Assembly (NCBI RefSeq): GCF_001194135.2
Contig: NC_068991.1
Span: 75,252,863-75,316,862, forward strand
DNA length: 64,000 nucleotides
Source of the DNA: Octopus bimaculoides
Taxonomy: Eukaryota
Direction: 5' to 3'
The translations under genes and the position numbers were made by a program. Below are positions 1 to 12,700 of this stretch, piece by piece. The number at the start of each line of letters is the position of its first letter. The stretch's first letter is position 1. The notes beneath the pieces were generated by a model. It was not told the origin of the DNA, searched no databases, and was given only the letters and a program-made list of their open reading frames with translations.

Positions 1-343
1 CGGGTGGCACATGAGATGCACCATTTTGAGCGTGGCCGTTGCCAGTACCGCCTGACTGGCTCCTGTAGGATTTTTGAGCGAGATCGTTGCCAGTGCCCCT
101 GGACTGGCTTGTGCGGGTGGCACATAAAAGACACCATTTCGAGTGTGGCCGTTTTCGTGCGGGTGACACGTAAAAGCACCCACTACACTCTCTGAGTGGT
201 TGGCGTTAGGAAGGGCATCCAGCTGTAGAAACTCTGCCAAATCAGACTGGAGCCTGGTGTTGCCATCCGGTTTCACCAGTCCTCAGTCAAATCGTCCAAC
301 CCATGCTAGCATGGAAAGCGGATGTTAAACGATGATGATGATG
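1..343 (+). mobile_element. 5'-truncated RTE-LINE 3' UTR/tail copy (family B)
   Basis: Internal ggcac(a/g)taaaag(c)acc repeats, the aggaagggcatccagctgtagaaac core and ccaacccatgctagcatggaaa...(gat)n tail. The same sequence is contiguous with an RTE ORF end at 39590-40232. Confidence 0.75.
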
Positions 344-448
344 ATATATATATATAATATACACACATGTATGCATACATACATACATATACATACATAT
401 ACATATATTGAGTTAGTTCTATTTTCCTGTTTACACACAAAACATACT

Positions 449-479
<31 letters not shown>

Positions 480-480
<1 letters not shown>

Positions 481-640
481 GTGGGCTTGTATTAGTTCCT
501 ATCTAGCAAATCCACTCACAAGGTTATTTTGGTCAACCCTGAGCTATAATAGAAGACCCTTGCACTGATTGCCATGCAATGGGAATGAACCCAAAATCAC
601 GTGGTTGGAAAACAAATTTCTGAACCGCAGATCCACAGCT
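480..640 (-). mobile_element. degenerate SINE family A fragment
   Basis: aaatccactcacaagg...agtgaagac/aaccatgtggttgg-type motifs, reverse complement of the copy at 12315-12700. Confidence 0.6.
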
Positions 641-644
641 CTGC

Positions 645-712
<68 letters not shown>

Positions 713-1489
713 CACACACACCTGTGTTGTTATTGTCTTCTGAGGTAGTTGACATTTTTCACTTAGAATATTTCATATTCTGGTCTTGAAAAACACAAAG
801 AACCAAAGAATCTCTGTCCTCTCCTATGAATCTTAACTACAGTCGAAAGAAGACCTGAAGCAGAATGAACAGGCATTATTCCCATGAATACGGCATCACC
901 AAATCCAAGGACCAGAGTCTTTTGATGATGTGTCAATGCCAATAATAATAATAATAATAATCCATCATTATATTCCTAAATCCAGAGATTCAGTAAATTC
1001 TCTCATACACTCTTTATATCAAAGCATATTGATGTATACTTTATTATCAATAAAATGCGATATTTAGAAACGTAACTGTATAGCAATTTATACTTCAGCC
1101 TAGTTCCTTTCTAATGCTTTTGACATGTGTCCATAAAAGCAGCTCTGGCGGTCGCTTACAATTCTTCTCTCAATGCGTTTCACATAAATTCTATTGATTA
1201 TTAGCCTTAAAGACTGATAAACGTTATTGATTCATTTCATCCCGGTAATAAATGGGTTCTATCTGATACAAACTACTAATTCTGAGTATTATAATTACTG
1301 CGTTATCATCATTAAAGTTTTCAGTGTTCCTACCTAATGTAAATTACAGTGGTTCCTTAAGGTGACATTTAGTTTGTCATTCACCAATCTGGACTGCATA
1401 CAGCCCAGATTCGAAATTTGAAGCACCTGGATTTCTACCTTGTGTTTTTATTGCATGTAGAAGGTGGTGGGGGTGAGGTTAATTTTAGC

Positions 1490-2021
1490 ACTGGTGCTGG
1501 TGTCACATAAAATGTACAGGGGTTGGTGCCACGTTAAAAGCACAAGTACTGGCGCCATGTTAAAAGCACAGGTGCTGGTATCGGTTAAAAAGCACCGAGT
1601 TCACTCTGTAAAGTGCTTGGTGTTAGAAATGGCATCCAGCTATAGAAACCAAGCCAAAACAGGCTATGGAACCTGGTGTGGTCCCTGCCCTTACTAGCTC
1701 CTGTCAAGCCATCCAACAGGGGAGGCACATGGATTAGTGGTTAGGTTGTTGGACTCATGATTGTAAAATTGTGGTTTCAATCCCTGGACTGGGTGATGTG
1801 TTGTGTTCTTGAGCAAAACACTTTATTTCATGTTATTCCAGTCTAGTCAACTAGCAAAAATGGGTAACCCTGTGACAGACGGACCTCCCGTCCAGGGGTG
1901 GTGGGAGATGCATGCCATAAAACTGGGAAACTTGCCCTTATGAGTCAAGAAGGTAACTTTACCTTTAAGCCATCCAACCCATGCCAGCATGGAAAACAGA
2001 TGTCAAATGATGATGATGATG
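1490..2021 (+). mobile_element. RTE-tail (family B) copy interrupted by a SINE
   Basis: taaaagcac repeats, gaaatggcatccagctatagaaac core, tail ccaacccatgccagcatggaaa(gat)n resuming after 1978. Confidence 0.7.
1718..1966 (+). mobile_element. tRNA-derived SINE with 12-bp target-site duplication
   Basis: A-box-like tggattagtgg, B-box-like ggtttcaatccc, central ttgtgttcttgagcaaaacacttt domain. TSD aagccatccaac at 1706-1717 and 1967-1978. Confidence 0.8.
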
Positions 2022-3353
2022 ACTGTGTGTGTGTGTGTGTGTAACAAATAGGAAGCATCAAAGAGGGTAAAACATCTAAATCTTCAATCTATGTATTCAT
2101 TAATTCTTTAAATACGATTAACGTAAAATACTTATAGAGTTAAAGAAGTCTGAAACGAGATTGCATTTAATTATGATTACGTTTGTTGTTTGGTTTCACT
2201 CCTCCATCATCACTGAGCTTAATACGTACCACATATTCTCAGACTGTGCGCTAAAGTTTTGCATATGCCGAGATTTGACAAAAGTAATACTTCATGGCGA
2301 TTGCTGAATAAGTTGTGATGGAGTATTCTTTGATTGTGTTCTGTTAATAGCAAGGATTAAAGAATCCTGCAGCTTCCAGCTAATAAAAGATAAGGAAAAG
2401 GACATTTCTCAGAATATTTCCAGAATTTTACAGTGTACTTTTGTCAGACTATATCACTATTGAATATTCATAATAATCTTTATTAAGGGAGTAAATTGAT
2501 GACAACAAGTGAAATGTATACCTGGCTGCTAGCAAGAAGTAAACCAGTTTCCGCTGGATTCTTTCTATCTGTGAAAAAAAAAAAGAAAAACAAAAAGAAA
2601 ATAAGCTCACCTCTACATCTAGTATTTAGTTACAAATCTTGTTCTTAAATATATTCCCTGGATGTGTGTTCTTCATTTATATTTCATTTTCGGTCATTTT
2701 GGCGAAATTGCAATTCTGTGATAACAAACTGAATCTAGTAAAATGTAATTAAGGTGATTCCTTTACCAGTAAATGCATAAAAATAAGTAACATAAAAACA
2801 AAACCTTTTAAAATTGGTAAAAGAAAATATATAAACAAAGAAAATGGTAAATTATATGGCACATTTCACTTACTAGGAATTTATCATATTCTAGCTGTGA
2901 AAGACAAAAAAAAAAAAAAGAAAAGGAAAAAAGAAAATAAGCAAAAACAAAGTTCTGTTTTTCTCTCTGAGTCTTAATTGGCTCCAGTTAAAAGAAGTGT
3001 TGCAGAAGAATGAACTGAAGTTATTCCCTGGAATGAAGCCCAAACAGATCCAAAGACCATGGTTGTTAATGATGTGACAATGCCAATAAATTATTTTCTG
3101 TAAATTTCTGTGACCATGTACTTGTGATGGATCTTCTGCCATGTTCGTTAGCATTTTTAACATCATCACTCTCATTTATGCCCACTTTCCATATTTGGAT
3201 TGGATTGCCAGAATTTCAGTAATTTCTTATTAAGTGTTTCTGCCCTCATAACCTTGGGTTCGTGCTTGCCATTTAGTATGAATGCCTGACCTATTATCAA
3301 CCGATTTACTAACTATACTGGGCATATTTTCTCATAACATCAACATTTTAGGC

Positions 3354-4077
3354 ACAAGAGTGGCTGTGTGGTAAGTAGCTTGCTTCCCAACCACATGGTT
3401 TTGGGTTCAGTCCCACTGCATGGCACCTTGGGCAAGTGTCTTCTACTATAGCCTCAGGCCAATCAAGGACCTGTGAGTGGATTTGGTAAACGGAAACTGA
3501 AAGAAGCCCATCGTTTGTTGCCAGTGCCGCTGAACTGGCTCCCGTGCAGGTGGCACGTAAAAAAACACCTTTGGAGCGTGGCCGTTGCCAGTATTGTGTG
3601 ACTGGCCCTCATGCCAGTGGCACGTAAAAGCACCCACTACACTCTCGGAGTGGTTGGCGTTAGGAAGGGCATCCAGCTGTAGAAACTCTGCCAAATCAGA
3701 TTGGAGCCTGGTGCAGCCATCTNNNNNNNNNNGAAACTCTGCCAAATCAGATTGGAGCCTGGTGCAGCCATCTGGTTCACCAGTCCTCAGTCAAATCATC
3801 CAACCCATACTAGCATGGAAAGCGGACGTTAAACGATGATGATGATGATATATATTTGTGTATGTGTGTCTGTGTTTGTCCCCTCGACATCACTTGACAA
3901 CTGATGCTGGTGTGTTTATGTCCTTGTAACTTAGCAGTTCGGCAAAAGAGACTGATACAATAAGTATTAGGCTTACAAAGAATAAGTCCTGGGGTCAATT
4001 TGCTTGACCAAAGGCAGTGCTCCAGCATGGCTGCAGTCAAATGACTGAAACAAGTAAAAGAATAAAAGAATTTGTGA
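3354..4077 (+). mobile_element. SINE family A with nested RTE-tail insertion
   Basis: Head ggctgtgtggtaagtagcttgc...gggttcagtcccactg, body ccttgggcaagtgtcttctactatagcc, 3' part gtccccag/ctccagcatggctgcagtcaaatgactgaaacaagtaaaaga. Interrupted at about 3512-3848. Confidence 0.75.
3512..3848 (+). mobile_element. RTE-tail (family B) copy
   Basis: Close match to 1-343 and 29630-29890, ending in (gat)n. Contains a 10-N gap. Confidence 0.75.
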
Positions 4078-4469
4078 GTTTGCACAGTGCATTGTCCCCA
4101 AGTTTCATATTAATTGCTGTTCCTTTGGTTTCATATTTGTGAGCTGTCCTTTAAGTTTCATACAAGTAAGTTGTCCCTTAAATTTTTCTTTAGTGAGCTG
4201 TTCCATAAGCTTCATGCTTGTAAATTAACATTTAGTCTGTGATTTATCATACTAAACAACTACCAAACATTGTGCTTCCAAGTCACAGGGTTCCTTTCAT
4301 GTACGTTTATTTCTTGGCAGTAAGAGCACACGATAGAAACCCATGATAGACAAGGGGGAAGGTATTTCAATGTATTTCTTAAGAAGTATTAAGCACTGAT
4401 AGAAGAAACAAAAAGCTCATCTAAATCCATAACTTTTGCATTCATTTATACTTTGCTGTAAAGGATAAA

Positions 4470-4810
4470 GGGGACCCCACCGCCTTTGGTCATGTCTGAC
4501 TATGGGATTGCACCTAGAAAGTTACCCTCCAAAGCACAAGTCTGGGCAAGGTTGTTTATGGAAGACCAGCAGTTGTCCATTCATACCGGTCTCCCCTCTC
4601 CACGCCACCAATGTTATCCAAGGGAAAAGCAAAGACCGATATGGCTTGGCACCATTGATGTCGCAACTCACTTCTACAATTTAGTGAATTGGAACAATGT
4701 GAAATAAAGTGTCTTCTGCAAGAACATAACACACAGCCTGGTCTGGAAATTGAACTCAGTACCTCATGATTGTGAGCCCAACACTCTAACCACTGCACCA
4801 TGTGCCCTCA
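4470..4810 (-). mobile_element. tRNA-derived SINE
   Basis: Minus-strand head ggcacatggtgcagtggttagagtgttgg...gagttcaatttccagacc (A/B boxes), related to the 1718 head. Confidence 0.7.
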
Positions 4811-4987
4811 CTTTGCTGTAATCAACATAAAAAGCATACTTTTCCATAGTTGTCACTTAAGTTCCATATTGGCAAGTTGATAAAGTTAGAAATGCGATTA
4901 CAATTAACAATAATTACATTCATTGTCTGGCTTTACTTATGCATGATTACTGAAATTAAAACCTGCCAGATATCGTCATGTCCTTAC

Positions 4988-5025
<38 letters not shown>

Positions 5026-5457
5026 TTGACACTCAACAAGAATCAAATTTAATCTAAACAAAACTACTTCTCTACAATTGAAATATTATGCTTTGTATGG
5101 TTTTGTAACGAGAGCGTTTAGCAATTAAGTAATAACATCCATATTATGTTTATCATGGCATGTATTTTCATCTGGCTAAAGACAATTCAAATTTTATTGA
5201 TCTCATATTTAAAACATTAATATTAGTAGCGGTTTACATAAATTCATGATTAAAAATAATTGTTTTCCATGTCTCTGAATAAAAGTCATTCTAAAGGCAT
5301 GTCTCAATCACTTTTAAATTGATTCATTGTGTTTAATAGCAATGCTTTGTGTTTTTCCTTTCTTTTTTTTTTCTCCAGAAGACACACACACACACATACA
5401 TATACGATTATATGTGTTTTGCTCCATTTATTATTATTATTATTTATATATATATAT

Positions 5458-5562
5458 NNNNNNNNNNNNNNNNNNNNNNNNNNNNNNNNNNNNNNNNNNN
5501 NNNNNNNNNNNNNNNNNNNNNNNNNNNNNNNNNNNNNNNNNNNNNNNNNNNNNNNNNNNNNN
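5458..5562. other. assembly gap
   Basis: N run beside (TA)n. Confidence 1.
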
Positions 5563-5689
5563 TACACATATGATTGACTGCTAACTCCAAAAGTTTCTTT
5601 ATTTTCTTTCTGTTTATTTCCTCATGTTCCTTTCTGTTGAAGAGCATGGGCCCGAAACATAAAAGACATTCCCACCTTTCCGAGCGTCA

Positions 5690-5788
5690 AACTAGTACTT
5701 ATCCTATTGGTCGCTTTTGCTGAACTGCTAAGTTACAGGGACATAAACACATTGTCAGTTGTCAAGTGATGATGGGGCACAAACACAG

Positions 5789-5819
<31 letters not shown>

Positions 5820-6000
5820 AATACATGCATACATACATACAGATATATATATACGACAGGCTTCTTTCAGTTTCCCTCTACCAAATCCACTCACAAGGCT
5901 TTGGTTGGCCCAAGGCTATAGTAGAAGACACTTGCGTAAGGTGCCATGCAGTGGGACTGAACCTGGAAAGCAAGTTACTTACTACACAGCCACTCCTGTG
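5690..6000 (-). mobile_element. SINE family A
   Basis: ggcttctttcagtttccctctaccaaatccactcacaaggc...aaggtgccatgcagtgggactgaacc; reverse of the 3354 copy. Confidence 0.75.
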
Positions 6001-6156
6001 CCTATTTCTTTATTAAAAATGATTTACTTCATACGTAGGCACATGTATGACTCTTTGGTGAGCAGTTTGCTTCCCAACCACATGGTTCCTGGTTCAATTC
6101 CAATGTGTAACACCTTTTTTAATTACAAAATACTTTCATGAATCAAATGTTCTATG

Positions 6157-6338
6157 CTGTTGTGTCTGGGGAGAGTCATTCTCTTTTAGTGTCCTATAAA
6201 ATTTAACAACTATTGAAAAGGTTGCAAGACTCAACGAAAATTTTAGAAAAATAAACAAGTAAATGAGTGGTAATTTTACTGGTCAGTGTGTTAAATAATG
6301 AGGCCCTAAAAGAGATTGACTCTCCCCAGACACAACAG
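6157..6338. mobile_element. short element with long terminal inverted repeats (MITE-like)
   Basis: ctgttgtgtctggggagagtcattctcttttag (6157-6189) is the near-perfect reverse complement of ctaaaagagattgactctccccagacacaacag (6306-6338). Confidence 0.7.
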
Positions 6339-7016
6339 AATATGCTTCAACACACGAACTCACATAAAGAATCATGCAAACCAAATCCAAAAACGAAATC
6401 TTCTATGGTTTGCAGTATCTACTTAAGTAAACCTTCTGTTCCAGTTACCATTCACCTGAAGAAAGAAGCTGAACAGGAAAGAAACTTTTTCTTCTCTTGT
6501 TATTGTTTTACTCCAACCTTAATCTTTAACATTCCCTGCCATAAAAAAGGAAAAAAGAAGGAAAAATCCAATTAATATTTATTTTCTGATCATTGCATCA
6601 CAATGCTGAAAACTCTAGAACTGTACCTTTTTTTGTTTATTATTGTTTAGTTTGAAACAGGAAGTTTTCTTCATTTTCTTTTGAAAACTTTTACCAAAAA
6701 AAAAAAATAATAAGTAATGTATTTAAGAAAAAAATTTTGTTTTTTCCATTTTATAAAATATTATAAAAAAGCTCATTTCTTTTTAGAAAATCTATTGAAG
6801 ATTTTAATTTTTAGTATTTTTGTTCTTTTTATTTGATTTTGTTTTAGTTGGAGGTGGGGGTGGGTTTCTGTGGATGTTTATGAGAACAATAGCAAGATCA
6901 AGTGTATCAATGAAATATGTGTTTGTCTTGTTAAATGGAAAATAGCATTCTTTTTCTGTATGTATTTATGCATGTATAGTGTATGTGTATATGTGTTTTG
7001 TGTGTGTATATGTGTA

Positions 7017-7060
<44 letters not shown>

Positions 7061-7264
7061 TAGATAGATAGATAGATACATAGATACATACATACATACA
7101 TAAATAGAAAGACAGATAGATAGATAGATATAGACTGATTGATAGATAGATAGAAACACACAGATACTCACCCATACATGCATGTATAATATAAATGGTA
7201 AACTTCAACTGTAAGAAGACTAGCGATGTCCTGCTCAGCAAAAAGTATTATAAGTAGATCAAAC

Positions 7265-7400
7265 AGACAGGCTTCTTTCAGTTTCTATCTACCAAATCCA
7301 CTTACAAGGCTTTGGTCGGCCCAAGGCTATAGTAGAAGACACTTGTCCAAGGTGCCATGCAGTGGGACTGAACCCGGAACCATGTGGTTGGTACGCAAGC
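7265..7400 (-). mobile_element. SINE family A 5' part
   Basis: ggcttctttcagtttctatctaccaaatcc...gggactgaacccggaaccatgtggttggt. Confidence 0.75.
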
Positions 7401-8341
7401 TACTTACCACACTGCCACTCCTAATAATAATAATAATAATAATAATAAGGTTCTCTACTAAGAACACAAGGCTTTACACAGATAAACACGCACACGTGAC
7501 AGGCTTCCATACAGTTTCCACTTACCAGTTCCACCCATGAAACATCAATTGTCCTAAGACTACAGTAGAAGACTTTTGCTTTAAGCATCACTCAATGCGT
7601 TGGAACCGAGAAACAACATTGTTACCAAATGAATTCCTAATGATCTTTGTGCCTCTCCTGGTAGATGCAATCACACCTCGTCATCCATCCATCCATCCAG
7701 CCATCCACCTCCTCCACCCGCTATTGATAGGAGGGTCGCTGGGATAGAGTGCTTAGGTACCTCTTCCTCCTCCTCCTCCTTAATTCCCTACCATCATTAT
7801 TACACTTTCCTGTCTGATATTGTAATGACCTTTCCTCCTCATCAATTTAATATACATTTTTCTTTATTAGAACGGTCAATTTCTTCTCTAAACAGAAGTG
7901 ATTAGATGCTAATTGGTGTCAGTGATGCAGAAAGCCGTTGTTTGACTTACAACCAATTGTCGTTCCATTTTGAAATAAGTTCCGTTTGTCAGCCAATGGC
8001 TATTTACAATGTGTCTTAGTCAAAGAATACAATTTTACTAATCAGCTAGGTTCATTAATCATATATTGAGATGATTTATTCATCTATTTATATTTATTTA
8101 TTCATTTTTATTTGCTTCTTTGGTTGATTCCAGTCATTAGATTGTGGTCATGCTGGAGCATCACCCGCAAGTGTTCAGTTACTTAAATCGCTCCCAATCT
8201 TTTTCCAGTGACTATTTTGGTCTTCTTATTATTTTATCAGTTTCTATTTGTTGAACAGTAAGGTAGAATCTAAAATTTATAGATATGTTGATACAAAAAA
8301 AACTTTGCCTCAACATATCTATATAGTACATCATATATGGT

Positions 8342-8376
<35 letters not shown>

Positions 8377-8637
8377 CTAAGTGTATATATGCATGTGCAT
8401 ATGTAGATGTGTGTGTTTGTATATACATTTTTGTATATATGTTTGCATATATATGTATATATATGTTTCTATGTAAATATGGGTGTATGTGTGTGTGTGT
8501 GTGTTTATGAGTGAGGCCTGAAAGGGCTCCAAGACTTAGTTCCCATGCTGTACTTATTCCTTCCAGTCATTTCTGATGATTGTTGAGGCATGAAACCAGT
8601 TGGTAATTTGGCTATTATGATGCTATAGTATAGTACA

Positions 8638-8678
<41 letters not shown>

Positions 8679-8864
8679 TAGTAATAATAATAATAATGAC
8701 ATGAGCACTCAGCACAAATCTCCATCAAGGCAACACCAATGTCCTCTCAACGATTAGCCGGAGATAATTTTTTAAATGAGAATATCTGAAATAAACTCGA
8801 CTGTTCTCACAAACGAGAATACTAAAAATGAACCCGACCACTATCAAACAGAAAAATAATCCAA

Positions 8865-8898
<34 letters not shown>

Positions 8899-9269
8899 AG
8901 AGGTGAAGGGAGAGGAGATGAAATACTAATACAGTGAAGGAGATGTAGTGAGAATAATAGCCATGACTGAGAGGGAGTGAGAGAAAGTAATAACAATGAG
9001 AAAGACGAAACGAAGTGGCAAAGAGAGAGCCATATGAATGAGAAAGGAAGGGGTGATGACGAAGGAAGGAATGAAAGAATAATGAAGGAAGGAGTGAAAG
9101 AATAACAAAGGGAGAAGTGAAAAAGCTAATAAATGGCGTTTGAAGTGTGAGTATATGTGTGTTTAAAAAAGAAGTATATTTGTGTGTGTGTGTGTGTGTG
9201 TACAATGGAAATAGGATGGTAATGTTCAATGTTCAGTGCTGACTATGTGTGTGTGTGTGTGTGTGTGTG

Positions 9270-9401
9270 CAAGAGAATTATGTGAAACTTTACAAGGCCA
9301 AACATCCCTGAAAGTTTCATCCGAATCCATCCAGTGGTTCTTGGGATAGCTTGTCCACAGACAAACAAACAATACCTCTGCCTTCGCTAAGGTGGAGGTA
9401 A
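9270..9401 (+). mobile_element. 3' end of a non-autonomous element with subterminal hairpin (Helitron/Helentron-like, tentative)
   Basis: aaagtttcatccgaatccatccagtggttc...acagacaaacaaac followed by hairpin acctctgcc-ttcgctaa-ggtggaggt (9374-9399). Confidence 0.35.
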
Positions 9402-9499
9402 TGATAAAAATAATGATAATAATAATGATTATTATAATGATAATAATAATGATAATAATAATAATAATGATGATGATGATGATGATAATAAACCTCTCT

Positions 9500-10140
9500 A
9501 CTAAAAATAAAAGGCTTGAAAATATGGGGAAAGTGGTTAGTTGATTACATTAGCCCCAGTACTTGACTAGTGATCATTTTATTAACCTTGAAGAGATGAC
9601 CCCTATGAAATTTAAACTCTGAACTTAAAGGCAGATGAAATGTTGCTAAACACTTTGCCAGATGGGTGAATGATCTTGCCAGCACACCATCTTGTAATAA
9701 TAAAAATAACAATCCTTTCAACTATAGGCACAAGGCCTGGAATTTGAGGGGAGGGGGATAGTCGATTGCATCGACCCCACTCCCCGCCAGTACTTGACTG
9801 GAACTTAATTTATTGACCTTGAACGGTTGAGTTGACCTCGGTGTAATTTGAACTCAGAACGTAAAGACAGACAAAATGCCAAAAAGCATTTCATCCAGTG
9901 TGCTAACGATTCTGCCAATAATAATAATGATGGTAATAATAATAATGATGGTAATAATAATAATGATGGTTTCAAATATTGGCACATTGACCCCAGCGCT
10001 GAACTGGCACTTATTCTATTGAGCCTGAAAGAATGAAAGGCAAAGTCCACCTCGGTGGAATTTGAACTGACAACATAAAGTGAAAAGAAACGCTAAGCTT
10101 TCTGTGCAACCTGCAAATGAGTCTGCGAGCTTCTCACCTT
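9500..10140 (-). mobile_element. three tandem SINE family C copies separated by (TAA/TGA)n
   Basis: Repeated ccccagtacttgact...aaggcaaagt..acctcgg.ggaatttgaactcagaac units at about 9500-9690, 9715-9915 and 9980-10140. Confidence 0.7.
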
Positions 10141-10772
10141 AATAATAATAGTTGTAAGGAAAATAATTCTCTGATGCATTAAAAGTTGGAACTGTTTCAC
10201 AGCACATGAATAAAGCGTTTTTGTAATTAGATTTGAAGATTTTTAACCCATCTCCATCATCTTCATCCTCCTCTTTGTCATCATCATCATCATCACCAGC
10301 AGCAGCAGCAGCAACGGTTACTACTTCAGATGTGGTTTAAACATAGTTTTTCCATATTAGCATGTGTTAGGAACCCTTTGAAATGCAGCATCTCTCACGG
10401 CATTTCATTCTTGCTTTGTTTCATATGTGAAGCCGACTATACTGGAACACCCTTCTCTCCCCCCTCTTACTATTGCCACTTTTCACCTCCTCCCACTTTT
10501 CATCCTCCCCTCTTATACAATCTATCTCCGTAGTGCTTATAGCATCTCCAGCAACAACGTAATTCATCTATTATTTCTAGCAAACAATTGAAGCAGTCCT
10601 TGGTCTTCAGCTTATTACTGATAACTTTGCCAAGTTTTCTGATGCTTGCTGCAGAACGAACTTTCTACATTTCTGGCTAATTCGTCAGGTATTCCTCCAT
10701 TTATTATTTGCATCTATTATTTATACGATTTACAGAGCACAAAATTCCCTGAGGATTCTTCGCTTCTCCTAC

Positions 10773-10807
<35 letters not shown>

Positions 10808-12314
10808 GCACATTTGTTTTCAAGGTCTTCCCCCCCCCCCAATCAGCTTCTCTTGTTTAAAATCTTGATCCTGCTGAAGACTCTCTTGGTTCCTTAAGTA
10901 GTCTTTGAGTAATGTCCTATTCCTTTTCTTCAGTACTGATTGGAGCCTGAGCTTACCTCCAATCTATATGTTGCTTCTTCATGTAGAAATCTAAGCAAGT
11001 GGGGTCACAATCACCATCATGATAACAAAGACAAACAAAGGTTTAACTTTTTCGGAGCCATTTCTTTCTGCTCGTACGTAACGTCGTGCGGGTGTACCAC
11101 GTGTATATACAAATGTATGGCAAGTGTACGGCAGACTACAAAATAAGAAAAATATAAAATAAGACAAACTTAAATACAAATATTATTTGAAGAGGGTTTT
11201 ACATCCCTCATACATGCTGGCATGGGTCGGATGGTTTGACCAGATCTGTGTCAGCTTTGGCAAGGTTTCCAATGTCAGCTTCAGCATGGTTTCTACAGCT
11301 CGCTGCCCTTCCTTATGCCAAGTGCTATATAGTATGTGCTGGGTGACTTTTTCCATGTCACTGATACTGGTGAGATCAGTAGGTAACTTACAAAACAAGA
11401 AAAGAACAGATAAAAGCCCCACCGACCAAGTGTGAGGTGTTGGGAGTATTTGAGATGAGGAATTAGCTTTATACCAGGTGTTGAGGAGGCTAAAGTATGA
11501 TCAAAGGATGAGCACAGGTGTCTTGCTATAGAGGAGATACATAGCTGCCCCACATATATAAGGATGGGAACAGCTGGAAAGTAGATAAACATGGTAGCAT
11601 TGAGCAAAAGCTCTCGAGGTCCAAGAAGCTGAGCATATTTCACAATTCATGAAAGCTTGCTATAAACTGCCAACTCATACTCATTCTTGAGTGATGGTCA
11701 CTGTTTAGTTCTAATTCTTCCTCAGGGACAGACATTTTCCTCATTAACATTTGTCTGTTTCTATCGTTGTATAATACTTGCAGCCACTTTGGTGATAAAA
11801 CAATGATATTTTTTCAACAGTTTCTTCCAACAACAATTAAGAAATGATTAAGAACTGTCAATTCTAGCTTTGGCACTCATCGTTAATTATCATAACTGTA
11901 GTCTTTCCAAAAAAGTGGTTTAATTCATCAACTGGTATCATGTCACCAGGGAGTTGGGTTCATTGAAATGGAAGTCAACAGGACAGAAATACAATAATTT
12001 ATCACAAAGCCTCAGTTGTTGGTAAATTCAATTTTTCTTTCTTTTTCAATAATATGGCAACTGAAAGTTTAGAATTGATCACACATTGAGTAAGATTTTG
12101 TACATCCATTTAGTACGATTTTAATTATGATTAATTATCATCATACATTGCCTTGTTTCTAAGTCAGAAAATACCAAACTATTCACAGTGCAGCATAGTG
12201 GTACAGTGGTTAGCTCAGCTGTATTACCTTCCAATAAGCACAGGGTTCAAATACCACAGGTAATAATACAACTTTTTTGCTCATCCCCCTTCTTCTACTT
12301 TATATATATATAGA

Positions 12315-12700
12315 TGCAGGAGTGGCTGTGTGGTAAGTAGCTTGCTTACCAACCACATGGTTCTGGGTTCAGTCCCACTGTGTGGCACCTTGGGCAAGTG
12401 TCTTCTACTATAGCCTCGGGCTATAGTAGATTTGGTAGACAGAAACTGAAAGAAGCCTGTTGTATATATATGCGTTTGTGCGTGTGTATGTTTCTGTGTC
12501 TCTATTTGTCCCCCAAACATTGCTTGACAGCTGATACTGGTGTGTTTATATCCCCCTAACTTAGTGGTTCAGCAAAGGAGTCCGATAGAATAAGTTCTAG
12601 GCTTACTAAGAATAAGTCCTGAGGCTCGATTTGTTTGACTAAAGGTGGCGCTCCAGCATGGCCACAGTCAAATGACTGAAACAAATAAAAGAGCAGAGGA
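12315..12700 (+). mobile_element. near full-length SINE family A
   Basis: gcaggagtggctgtgtggtaagtagcttgcttaccaaccacatggttctgggttcagtcccactg through cagtcaaatgactgaaacaaataaaaga. Confidence 0.8.

Noticed and set aside
3685-3773. Direct duplication of about 38 bp on either side of a 10-N gap
   Set aside because: Typical unmerged contig overlap (assembly artefact).
6267-6575. 102-aa plus-strand ORF
   Set aside because: It starts inside the foldback element, has no recognisable motif, and has no supporting splice sites.
8895-9180. GA-rich tract giving a 135-aa minus-strand ORF
   Set aside because: Low-complexity purine tract between microsatellites.
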